Below are positions 1 to 11,309 of a DNA stretch of 64,000 nt, in pieces (the stretch's first letter is position 1; each line of letters begins with the position of its first letter). The stretch is from Rotaria socialis (taxonomy: Eukaryota). The notes beneath the pieces are model-generated. The model was given only the letters and a program-made list of their open reading frames with translations. It was not told the origin of the DNA and made no database searches. The stretch covers positions 1 through 64,000 of the forward strand of contig CAJNYD010000070.1 of assembly GCA_905331295.1 (NCBI GenBank), read 5' to 3'. The translations under genes and the position numbers were made by a program.

Positions 1-557
1 TACTTTAGATAGCATTAAATAAAAATAAATTAAGAAGATTTCATAATTTTTTCGAGAAATATATTTTGATTTATAAACCAGTGCGATTAATTAGTTGGGC
101 TTTTAAAGCATTAATTTGAGCATAAAAATAAAATTTATTTATTCCGGAAAGAAACTAGATTTTTTCACACTATTTTTATTTAATTTCATACTCAAATCTC
201 CGTACATTTCATCCAGTAAATAAATTATCTTAGCTTAATTTAGAATTATTACAATTGATATTTAACATAAACAAGCATTATATTTTGATATGAAACGATT
301 TAGGTGCTTCTCAATTTTTTTAATTACTACCTCTTACAATTCAAATATATATATATATAAATTAGCACTCCTGGATGCGAAATGAATTTTGTTGTTAGTA
401 CGAACCCCTACTATTTCATGTTTTGATACACTCTTAAACTTTTAGCATAAGCTAATGCAAAATAAAATAAAATAAAATATATCAAGACAGAGATGCACGC
501 AATATATTAAATCTTTTCGAATGCACTATTGATTACAGCAGACTCTCTAATTGTCCT

Positions 558-1087
558 TCTAGGTAGAAAAAAATTCGATAAGTATTGAGTAAAATAAACA
601 CTTCTTAAAAAAGAACTAGTCATGAGGTGTCCAGAAGATGCTTCAGACTAGTCATAATAGCTGTTGAAGACATTTCAGACTAGTCAATACCGTTTACGTC
701 GGTTTGTTTCTGATTTTCTATGCATGGATGGTAGTCAATAAATAAGTTTAGACCATATATACTTACGGCAGTCTATCTCAGTGTCCTAGTCTGCCGTCAG
801 GATATCCGTCATATTTCGAACAATGTCGGCTGGATGTTCAAACCCACCATGTAACCTGTTTTCTTAATCTTCTTACTAGTCTAGACTGGGTCAACAGACA
901 ACCCGGACTAGACATGACTGGGCGCAAGGGCATCTTAGGCTAGTACAGACGTGTCTGTAAAACATTCCTCATTAAGCTGACTAGACAAGACGGGTATGCA
1001 AGACGTTTCAGACTAAACTTGGCGGAAGCTGCGGACATTTCTGACTAGTCATGTCGGCAGTCTCCCTTCATTTTTTGCTTACCTGGG
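558..1087. repeat. Degenerate MITE-like repeat rich in GACTAG/CTAGTC motifs
   Basis: Many (ca)gactagtc-type motifs in 620-1050, GC higher than the flanks. Right end ttttttgcttacctggg (to 1087); degenerate left counterpart ctaggtagaaaaaaa near 558. Confidence 0.45.
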
Positions 1088-2218
1088 ATGTGATTTTATT
1101 TTATTAATTTCAACTATTTCAATTATAAGATAAGAATGCTTACATGAAGGAAAAAACGATTGAAATATGAGAAAATAAATAATTAACAGTCCGATTAGTT
1201 TGCAATTTTCAGATATTTACAGTTAATCTGATGGTAAACAACATAGAAATGTGCTCTGTTTTTAATTAACTCTTCAACGGTTCCTTTTTTAGGGAATATT
1301 TCTGACTACATTCTCATTCAACAAAGAAATTAAAAACCAATTATTCAATTTTATTAAGTAAACGAGATAGTTGACATATCGGTACATTGGATATTGTTCA
1401 ACTCTTTGCTAGAAGAAAATGATCTATTTTGATAATAAAATTAATTTTTTTATGAAGAATTTTCTTTCAGTTCATTTTACAGTTTTATATTCCGAAATTT
1501 GATCAAATCTCTTATTTGTGAAGAGTTTTTTTGCGTGAAATTAGTTCTTTAGGATGAAATAATAAAACATTAATGTTAAAATTAATTTAATTTAATTTAA
1601 CCGGAACCTTTTTCTCGATATATTTCTTTATATCAAATATAAAAGATTCTTGTTATCAATCTAATATGATGAAAAATAATTATAGAGAAATGTTACTGCA
1701 TCTCAGTTTAAAAAATTCCAAGTTTATTAAGAGTTTTATAAGTATATGGTAAAACATCAGGTACTGTGGTTATGATAAATCCAATAACTCTAAATTCAAT
1801 TATTTTCGTTCTTGATATAATTTTTAATATCGAAATAATTGCTGCTTTAAAAGACAATCAGACTTCTTGAGTTACTTCCTCGGTATCCATTCTTAAAATA
1901 GTCTAAATATTGATGATATTTATCTAAATCACGCGTAGAAAACTTCACTGTTTCGAGATATAAATATTTGCATTGTATGAAATCATGCTGCTAACGAGTG
2001 ATTTGGCCCATATATACTCTAATTCAAATCATATTGAAATTTGATTCTAATTTGATTTCATTCATCATAGATTTTGTAGACCATTGACGTAAATAGAATA
2101 TCAATTATCAACACCTGTCTTTTGACTAATATTCATTCCTCTCAAAGCTAATGAATGAGTACTTATACTCGGTCCGTGTAGCTAATTATGTGCATTTGCA
2201 TTGCATTGTTATACAAGT

Positions 2219-3133
2219 ATGTTACTATTTATTCCATTGCTTTGGATTTTGATTCAGCATGCTTCCAATAGCATGTCACTGAATTGCGAATATTCATCAC
2301 AAGAGTATCAAGTCGTTCTTCGACCAGATATTTTGATGAATTCTTTTGAAAATGGTGTCATGCAAGTGGTTAATGAATTGGCGAAAATTGAAAAAAACAA
2401 TATTATGAACTTTAAAGTATCAAAATCATCATTGGCATTCAAAAATGTTTCTCTTGCTCGATATACGATTGATGACAGTCGAGATTTAAGTGATTTTTAT
2501 TTGAAACCAGTATTTAAATCACGACGAAACAAACCAACTAAGCCAGCTGATATTGTAATGAAATTTTCTGCTGAAGACCCAGAACTTATATGCATACAAC
2601 TAACGGTAAATATCTTCTTTTGGATTTCATTTTTTGAAAAGCAAGTCACAAAATTCGAAATTTCCTTTTTTTGGTTCTATATTCAGACTTCAACAGCCTT
2701 CGCTGATAGTACAACAACTAAATTCGAACTCGATATACACAGTGAAAATGGTCAGCTTACATCTAAAAGTGGTATAAGTTTTAAAGCAGATATGCCACTA
2801 GAATTTGATCAAACAACCGCAGTAAATGTGTCAGCAATTTTTGTTGATGCTGGTAAACTGACTCGCTCTGGTAAACCAATCATTATCGTAACTGTTCCGG
2901 AGGACAAAACTATTATGCAAACAGCTGAATTTAATGTTAATTTAGCAGGTCATAAAACAGGAGCAGAAATTATCTACTTTGAAAGAGGAACAAAGGTGAA
3001 ATTTGAGTTTTCCTTTAAAATCAAAGATGTGACAGAAGATCCTGAAGTTTTTCGTGTTGCACAACAATTAACTTCTTACATTTCACAACTATCCCACATC
3101 GCTTCGAATGCAGCAATAGATCAAGACAAATGA
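2219..3133 (+). CDS. Secreted protein with a probable CYTH-like fold, resembling uncharacterised bacterial proteins; one in-frame 81-nt intron (2606-2686)
   Basis: ATG 2219 followed by a hydrophobic signal peptide MLLFIPLLWILIQHASNS. GTAAAT donor at 2606 and a pyrimidine-rich ATTCAG acceptor ending 2686 remove the F/W-rich insert seen in the ORF track. SQEYQVVL, IVMKFSAEDP and TKFELDI resemble CYTH-like motifs (family call from memory). Confidence 0.6.
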   Translation: MLLFIPLLWILIQHASNSMSLNCEYSSQEYQVVLRPDILMNSFENGVMQVVNELAKIEKNNIMNFKVSKSSLAFKNVSLARYTIDDSRDLSDFYLKPVFKSRRNKPTKPADIVMKFSAEDPELICIQLTVNIFFWISFFEKQVTKFEISFFWFYIQTSTAFADSTTTKFELDIHSENGQLTSKSGISFKADMPLEFDQTTAVNVSAIFVDAGKLTRSGKPIIIVTVPEDKTIMQTAEFNVNLAGHKTGAEIIYFERGTKVKFEFSFKIKDVTEDPEVFRVAQQLTSYISQLSHIASNAAIDQDK

Positions 3134-3754
3134 AGAAATGGTGATTGATCATAAGTTTCAAAAATATTTTTTGTTTTTCTTTTGTAAAGAACAGAAAATC
3201 AATCAACCAAATAAAAAATATTCAACGAATATATGAATACATACTAGAATGCCTGTATGAAAATTAAATAGGCTCTCGTATAAATATGTATTTTTCAGAC
3301 CAAACTCATAAAAAACTGTTGAATTACACATCTGGTTTTCAATATAATTGAGATTTATATTATAGATGTGCTACTATTTGAATGCATAACTAACATGTAC
3401 AAGCAATTATAGATCAGATGTCGACTGATGATACATTTGAATATATTGATAGAATTATTTATTTATGTACAGCTTGCTGAGTTTTATCAGATATTGTTGA
3501 TCACTACATTACACTGTTACGTTCGAGACGGTATCAAAATTGTCTGCTGTTTAGGTAACGAATAAAAAAAACTCTATGTTAGATTCACAATGTAACAAGA
3601 AAATACGCCAATGACATCGGCTGACTCTTTTTAAATAATATGCCATGAGTATATTTTATTAGTTAAAACGATTCGATTAACTGTTAAAATCTTATTGTTT
3701 TTCTAATGTACTTATTGTAATCTGGTTTCAATGTATGCTTTATATAATACAAAA

Positions 3755-5227
3755 CAGAGGTGTGCGATCCACAGGTTGGACCCCGCAGGGTCGGTGGTGT
3801 GGGTAGCGAATTTTACAAAACTGTGGGATTGACGAGTTGCGCGTAGCGGTTCACTGACGGCCGAGCGGGGCGAGTTTAAATTTACACGGGTTCGGGCGGG
3901 TCAAGATTTTTCACGAGGCACGACGAAGGATCGTAAAAAATTATTGAGAGGTCGTTAGTCTAGGTGTGTAGTACGAAATACGTATTGATTGACTCTTTAT
4001 TTTCATTTTATGATCTACAAGCTTGCCTTTTACGTATTTCTTTTTTCCTTTTCGTTTGGTAAAGGCTCTGAGTCGACAAATCAGTGAAAAAAAAGTTAAA
4101 GAATAACAAGTGTTACTTGATTGTGCTGCAAGTTTTTGAACGGGGCTAGATATAACATTGATATCAGTAGATAGAGAAAATTATTCTGTATTGAACTATG
4201 TTTTTGGATTTTCCTGAAAAACGGACAAGTGAAAAATAGAGGGCGTCATCACACTGTGACGGCATATGAATATATTTGTTGGAGCAAAATATGATTTTCA
4301 AATACTACCAGATCAATTCTCTCATATTTCTGTTTTACCACATTATCTAAAATATAAATTCACCTAACTACCACCTTTTACAATCCTACAAGAGATTAGA
4401 TAAGTTTAGAATATCTTCGCGCAATAATAACAGTAATTTGTTTACATCAAAGCTGTCGAAAGAGACAAAAGAATAATTTATCTGTCGATTGTGTGCTTTT
4501 CCTTAGCATTATATGTATGCGTGTGAGTTGTTTTTCCTTTCTTTGTTTTTTGTGTGTTTCGTTCTTTCTTTCGTTTCCTTTATTCTATCTACTCTACATT
4601 CGTTTCTATCTCTCTCTCAGGGTCAAATTGTGTGGATAGCGACCTTAATCTATTCGTCGTATTGCGCAGTAATATTTCTATTACGCAGTAATATTTTCTA
4701 TTGTGTATTTGATAATACGTGATACTATCCTATATTTATATATATATATTTCTGCTGTCAGTAGTCTTGTCTTTCGTCTTTGTCTTTCTCTCTATTCGTT
4801 CTGATTGTGTTCTTATGTTAATAAAGAACTGAACTCACGTTAAGAAAATAACATAAATCTACAATACTAAAGTTGGTTTTGTGGTAATTTTAACCCAGTT
4901 CATCATGTGGTCCAGTTCATTNAAATGGCCCCCACCGCCTCCCCGTCCCACCCCCCCCCCCCTTTTTTCTCAGATTTTTTCGTTAAAAAATCTAATTAAT
5001 TATATACAATAAATAATTTAAAATAAACAATTTGTTAAATATAAAATTTCTTCGGGCTATACGGGCGAGGCAGGCCCCGGCACAAAATCGACGGCCCAGT
5101 GCAGCGCCTCTGGGTGCATGGGCGCGGACGGGGCGGGGGAGCTTACGCAATTTAAATGCGCGGGGGTCGGGTGGGCGGGTGTTGAAAACTCGTGGGGCAC
5201 AAAAATTCCCTGCCCCGTAGACCTCTG
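3755..5227. mobile_element. Non-autonomous hAT-type DNA transposon
   Basis: Terminal inverted repeats CAGAGGTGTGCG / CGTAGACCTCTG, GC-rich subterminal regions, and a perfect 8-bp TSD ATACAAAA (3747-3754 and 5228-5235). Confidence 0.85.
4255..4863 (+). mobile_element. Probable solo LTR nested in the hAT element
   Basis: Starts TGTGAC and ends CTACA. TA-rich TATA-like tract near 4737, AATAAA near 4820, flanks ACAC/ATAC (4-bp TSD with 1 mismatch). Confidence 0.45.
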
Positions 5228-6394
5228 ATACAAAATGCAGTAGAATTTCTACTTGCTCGCAGTATACCCATTATTGAAAAAGAAGTCAATTATAATAGTT
5301 TAAAATGCCATGTGGATGTGCCCTTACAACCATTTTTAGATAGTTTTTGTTACATACATTTATGGAACAAATACTAACGATTTCTGATGTTATAAATGCG
5401 TTTTGACTGATGTTGAAGATATGCTTTATTTAAACACCAAAAACAGTATCTTTACAGTATTTCTCTCGTTCGTTATATACTATTTCCCGGTATACAGTGA
5501 TCTTGAGAAATACCGTAAACACAATAACAAAAAAAACATGAAAACGAATAAGATAAAGAACGGGTGTGGGTACAGGAAAAGAAGCTATGTTCACACCAAC
5601 AATACACACGCACTCACAATTGTTCGCAACCGTACTAAAAAGACGGAAAGTTCATAGGCGACATGAGTCAATACCATTAACAAAAATGACATGGCATAGC
5701 ATGTTTTTTTATGCATTTCGTATAACCTTGTAACACGATAAGAAAAATAAAAGAAGAAAAGAATTTGCATGTGTCACATTTTCTCTGGATAACAACCATA
5801 TAAACACATGTTTAGACTGGTAAAGGTAAGTATGATAACAATTTTTTTGAATCATTAGAAAACCTAGGCTCCTATTTCATGAAAATAGCATGCTATTTCA
5901 ATCATTATTGAACGCTATGAGAGATTTACCGTAACTTTAATTGTCATTTCTATTATTCATAATTCATGAAATATCGATTAAATTGACAGAATTAAACACA
6001 TAATTGAAAGATAATCAAGATATGTGCATTCGTATTATCGACCTCACCAAATCAACATACTGACTTACTATATTAGTCTTTACAGGTGTTTAATAATTGT
6101 TGAATGAGTAGTTGAACAGTAGTTATAACAGTCTTTATGAAAGAAAAATAGATTACCTAACTCAATGACGGACGGTCATGATTACATATACTATTTTACT
6201 GAACAAAACACGTTTGGGAAGACCAGTAATTCTAAGAAAGCATTCTTTGTATCTTATACATAAGAAAGGAGCTATTCAGAGGTTGACTCAACTTTGAAAG
6301 AAAATTCGAAGAAAAAGGGGCTCTAATTAATTAGAACAATTATTCATTTATATTTAAAGAGATTCATCGATTAGAGGATTTATCAAATTCAAGC

Positions 6395-7631
6395 ATGTCA
6401 AAAAATGAATTAGGACGTATTGCCATTGTTGGAGCAGGACCAGGTGGACTTACATTAGCACGTATTCTACAATTGCACGGTATTGACGTCAAAGTATACG
6501 AACGAGAAAGTTTTATCGATGCTCGATCGCAAGGAGGAACTTTGGATCTACATGTGGAATCAGGACAATATGCTCTTCAAATAGGAGACTTATTTGAAAA
6601 GTTTCAAGTACTTTGTCGCCCTGAGGGACAAGATGTACGCATCGTCGACAAGTCTGACACAATTCATTATGAAGAAATATCCCATGAACTTAATTTTGAT
6701 CGCCCAGAAATTAATCGACGTGATTTACGACAACTACTTCTCGAATCACTGAAATCAGATACCATTGCTCAAGGATACAATTTAAAAAGCGTCCACTTAA
6801 TGAACAATGGTCAACATACACTTGTGTTTGATAATGGAGTAACGGATGTTGCTGATTTGGTCATTGGAGCTGATGGTGCACGGTGAGTTTTGCTAAGAAT
6901 TACAATAACTATTGGCGTAGATGGTGATGATTTCTTTCAGGTCATGCATCCATTCTGTTGTATCTACTGCAATACCACAGTATTGCGGCGTGACGATAGT
7001 GGAAATACAATTCACCGATGTTGACGATCGACATCCTGAGATTGCCAAATTGGTTGGTCGTGGTACGATATTTGCTTTATCCGATAACAATGGTCTTATT
7101 GGTCAACGGAATGGACAGAATCAAATTCGTGTCTACATCACCCTACATGTACCGGAAAATTGAATCGTCGAGTCAGGCATTGCTTTCGATCAACCAGAAC
7201 AAGCTCGTAAGGATCTTTTTCAGTTATTTGCTGATTGGGATAATAGTCTGCTCAACTTTATTCATTTTTGTGATGCTAATTTTATTCCACGCCCTCTATA
7301 TACGCTACCTATAAATCATAGATGGGAAACATATCAAGGTGTAACATTACTAGGCGATGCTGCTCATCTCATGTCTCCTTTTGCCGGTGAAGGTGTTAAT
7401 TTAGCTATGCTCGATGCTACAGAGTTGGCTATTGCCATTACCAATGCAGACGATTTAAAACAAGCAATTCACAATTACGAACAAAAGACATTTCTTCGTG
7501 CGGCTAAGGCTGCTGACGAATCCTCTAGCAATCTTGGTTTGCTTATTTCAACAGGAAATGCAGCGAAAATTGCGGCAGAATTCTTTAAAAAATTAATGGA
7601 AGGTGGACCCCCAAAAGACACTGAAATATAG
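6395..7631 (+). pseudogene. TetX-like FAD-dependent monooxygenase of bacterial type, with one intron and one in-frame TGA
   Basis: Motifs IAIVGAGPGG, RSQGGTLDLH, DRPEINRRDLRQLL, VIGADGA and GVTLLGDAAHLMSPFAGEGVNLAMLDA. Intron 6883-6940 (GTGAGT...TTTCAG) joins GADGAR-SCIH. TGA at 7161-7163 is in frame with the downstream C-terminal half (7371-7161=210). Confidence 0.85.
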
Positions 7632-8298
7632 ATAAAAACGAGTCTGAATTTTATTCATATAAATTGATCAGAATGAAATCAAATATTCTCTAGATAATCG
7701 CTTAAAAACATTGAAGAAGTCACGGTTTTTATTGTAGAAGTCAAACATATAACAGAGGCATGCTTTGCGCTTTCTGTATCATATAAATGTATCAAGAGAA
7801 TGTCTATGAAAAAAATGATTTTCAATTTTGGGCGTGGGTGCGCACATGTAGTAACCCCCAGTCACGTCGTTATTTTAACGATTAAGATTTAGGTGAAGAC
7901 GCGACTGCTTAAGTATTGACAAATGCCACAATGATAATGACGGCAAATGACAAGATGAAGCAAATAAGAAAATGAAACTTGAATGAGAATTTACTAATTT
8001 ATTTAATAGATTAGAATTAATCAATGGAACAGTAGATACAACAAGGATAAGTTGTACGATTTGACAAGGCTTTCAGAAGACGTTTTAGAGTCACGTAGAA
8101 TAAAAAAAATAAAAAGGAGTTGATTATAATAGAACCAACTAACAGAGAAGAAAAGTAACAAGCTAATGAACAAGGAAGATACAGTAAAAGTAAAAGCGCG
8201 GGTAGTAGCTAGACAATAAGAATCAAGAAATTATATTGAGAAAATATATGTACAAGCATAATTAGTATCAGCACATAATACAAGTGATGTTATGCTGT

Positions 8299-8629
8299 CA
8301 CCCCCCACCCCCCACAATAAAAGACCCCGGGTCTTCTATTATGTTCCAGCGTAAAAATTTTCCAGAAGGGTCTTGTATTAAGAATCGCATTTTTTTCCTG
8401 ATATTTAATTTAAAAGGTTTTCCAGAAAACCAAGGTGATTTTCAGGATTTCCATCAGGATTTGAAGGGTTTTAAGGATGACATTATAATTGTGAACACAT
8501 TCTTTTAATATTTCTAGCTTAAAATGCTAAGAGTCAGGCATGGTTTGATAGAAAAACGCTAATTAAAGTTCGTAATTAGCAAAAGAATTAATTAATTAAA
8601 GGGGGGTCTTCTAATATGGGGAGGGGGTA
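8299..8629. mobile_element. MITE
   Basis: Inverted termini ACCCCCCACCCCCCACAATAAAAGACCCC / GGGGGGTCTTCTAATATGGGGAGGGGGT. Confidence 0.6.
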
Positions 8630-8856
8630 GCTGAAATTCAAATGCTGACAGCAAGAAGCACAAGACGTAGAATACCTCAATTCATATTCACATCCACACC
8701 ATCGGCAATGCTGCTTTATAATGATTGTTAATAAATTCACACGTGTCTGTTGTTTCTTCTGATAGTTTATCAATTTATAAGATCGCTTTGAATCACATCA
8801 GAGAAGAGTAAAACATATTGCACCAATTGATTGATTACCTTCTACTAGTAAACGAG

Positions 8857-9090
8857 TACGCCTCAATGGGACGTAGTTCTTCATGATACGTAATTAACTC
8901 ATGTTCACTGTAATGAGGAGTGAAAGAAAAAAACTGCTTCATTAATATTTTCTAATTACCTTTTACTTGTCAATGGCTACGCCTCAATAGGGCGTAGTTC
9001 TTTGTGATACTTAATTAACTCATGCTCACTGTAATGAGGAGAGAGAAAAAACAAACCACTTCATCAAGATTTTCTTAATTACCTTGTACT
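8857..9090. repeat. Tandem duplication, about 121-bp period, 2 copies
   Basis: tacgcctcaat...taattaactcatg.tcactgtaatgaggag...aattacct at about 8857 and 8978. Confidence 0.8.
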
Positions 9091-9275
9091 TACACAATTA
9101 AGAATGTGTATTGCTGCAAAGAATAAAAAGGTATAACTTTGAGAGAGTGAAATCGGCTGCGTAATAGAGAAAAAATGAATGACAGATCAATTTTCTGTTT
9201 CTCTAAAAAAAAAACACTTCATATTGCACTACTTTATACAAAACATACGAAAATAAATTTAGCTTCGTTATCATC

Positions 9276-10040
9276 ATGTCTTGTGCCGACGAATCTGATG
9301 AACATTGGAGTTATGACAATCCTTCTACACGGCCTGATCATTTTCCAGCTGCAGGTGGCTCATGTCAATCCCCAATCAATGTAGTTTCGAGTGAAACTGT
9401 TCCTCAACAGTATCCACCATTCGTCTTTTCTCCTGATTACATGGGACTAACATTGTTGACACTAACAAACAATGGTCATCAAGTAGCTGCGACTTTGAAA
9501 AAAGATGCTGAAAGTAAGACTCAACCTGATTTGTGGATAACAGGCGGTGGCTTGATGGATACATTTCATTTCGTTAATTTTCATTTGCATTGGGGTCGGG
9601 GCGATAGACATGGATCCGAACATGAAATCGATGGGAACATGTTTCCAGCTGAAGCACATGTAGTTCATAAGAATAATAAAACTGGAGAGACTGCTGTCTT
9701 AGGATTCTTGTTTGACATCACGAATTCACCTGACGAGGAAAATGCTCAATGGAAAGTATATTCAACAGCTGCAAGTACATTGATAAATATTGGAGATACC
9801 GTCGATTGTACGATCAATATGAGTCAATTGTTGAATATCGAGGACAAGCAATTTTTCCGTTACATCGGTAGCCTGACAACACCGCCATGCACCGAAGGTG
9901 TTATCTGGACAATATTTATGGACAATATTCCAATATTAGAACAGGACTTGAATTTACTCCGCACAAACATAATGCGAAAAGTCTATCGACCAGTACAACC
10001 AATCAACGATCGAGTTATTTATAAAAATCAAGTCAATTAA
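9276..10040 (+). CDS. Alpha-carbonic anhydrase, intronless, no signal peptide
   Basis: WSY, QSPIN, NNGH, zinc-binding FHLHWG...GSEH...EAHVVH, YIGSLTTPPCTEGVIW and RPVQPINDR. Confidence 0.95.
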   Translation: MSCADESDEHWSYDNPSTRPDHFPAAGGSCQSPINVVSSETVPQQYPPFVFSPDYMGLTLLTLTNNGHQVAATLKKDAESKTQPDLWITGGGLMDTFHFVNFHLHWGRGDRHGSEHEIDGNMFPAEAHVVHKNNKTGETAVLGFLFDITNSPDEENAQWKVYSTAASTLINIGDTVDCTINMSQLLNIEDKQFFRYIGSLTTPPCTEGVIWTIFMDNIPILEQDLNLLRTNIMRKVYRPVQPINDRVIYKNQVN

Positions 10041-11309
10041 GCAACGTCTTTAATACTTGTGTGTAGTAATTAAAATGATTTCAAAAAACGAATTTTCGAA
10101 AAAAATAAAATTAGCTAGAAAAATTGAATCAATATATGATTTTAGGTGTCGTGATGTGAATATATTCTTGGACAAAACCGGATACTCACATTCGTCTCAA
10201 GAATCAAACCCTCTGAATGACGAGTGTGAGTGCGAGTGTGAAGTAGTTGCTGGTGATAGAAGGATATTTTACTAGCCTCAAGAGCTGTTTATGGAAAAAA
10301 ATAGCTTGCTAAATTTTTTAATAAGTACCACGTCAAAGATTGAAAATTCAGTGAACAGGTCATAACTTGAGACGACAGCTGATTAGAATAATATTTTCTA
10401 ATATTTTTTTAGTCTCATCAGAAATGTTCTCATGAGGGGTATCTCATATCAAACACATAGTACCATTTAAGATGGTTTTCTCGTGAGAATTCGAAAACGA
10501 TGACTGAACTGCCATTGGATTCTATTCGAGCAAGTAGTAGTGTCAAACTTGTAACTGGAAAATTCAGTTAAATTCAAGTTTCAAGTTTTACATGCATGCG
10601 CTAGTAAGAACAGTTCAAAATAATGGAAGAGGCTAATTAATTTTGAATTCTCAGCAGGATTCTGTCTTATGGGTCGAAGATCACGGAACCTATTATATTT
10701 CTCGTACTTCTTGCAGAGGCATTCTCTTGGTTGGTATATTGAAATTTTTCACAATACTGCTGGTGATTTTATTAGCAATTGTTACAATATCAATAAAAAA
10801 AAGGAGATGCGCATCTGGCAAAATGTCCATTGGAGTGTTTTCCTTTGCATCTACATGTTTTCGTGTGCTGAAAATAGCGGTTTAATTCAAATTCGAGATT
10901 TGCAGATAAAACTAGAATATGATTGTAGTTCCAAACAAGTTAAATCTGATAGTAAGTGTCTAAGCAACAAAACCAGGGAGAGATATCTCCCCAGATTCGT
11001 TCGGAATTTTTTTCAAAAACTCATAGGTGGTCCGAGAGAATAAGTTTTTCATCCCTAATCGCAAAGAGAAGGAACAATTTGAAGATTTGCGCGATGTTTG
11101 TTTTTAGACGTAGACCACGTTTTTTTTTCAGATTACTTTTTGTCTGTTTTATCTACGCGACAAGAAGAAGGCACTAGACAAACTTTAAAAGAAATCGCGA
11201 GATACAATTATAGGATGTATTTGAATGCTTGGTGCCTATAAAATACAGGTAAAATGATCACTGCTACGTGTTCTTATAATATACAGTTTTAAATCAGTAG
11301 AAAAGTGAA

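Noticed and set aside
7161..7163. Selenocysteine or alternative-code reading of the TGA
   Set aside because: The position is Trp-like rather than Cys-like, no SECIS was recognised, and TGA serves as a normal stop in other genes here (3133, 43437).
7847..8282. Possible solo LTRs here and near 17436-17810
   Set aside because: TG...CA boundaries are possible but I found no TSD or second copy.
6395..10040. Bacterial contamination
   Set aside because: The bacterial-type gene has a spliceosomal intron and host-like AT content, and is interleaved with eukaryotic transposons.
10643..11177. Short plus-strand ORFs; also antisense ORFs inside long genes
   Set aside because: No recognisable motifs; consistent with chance or shadow ORFs.
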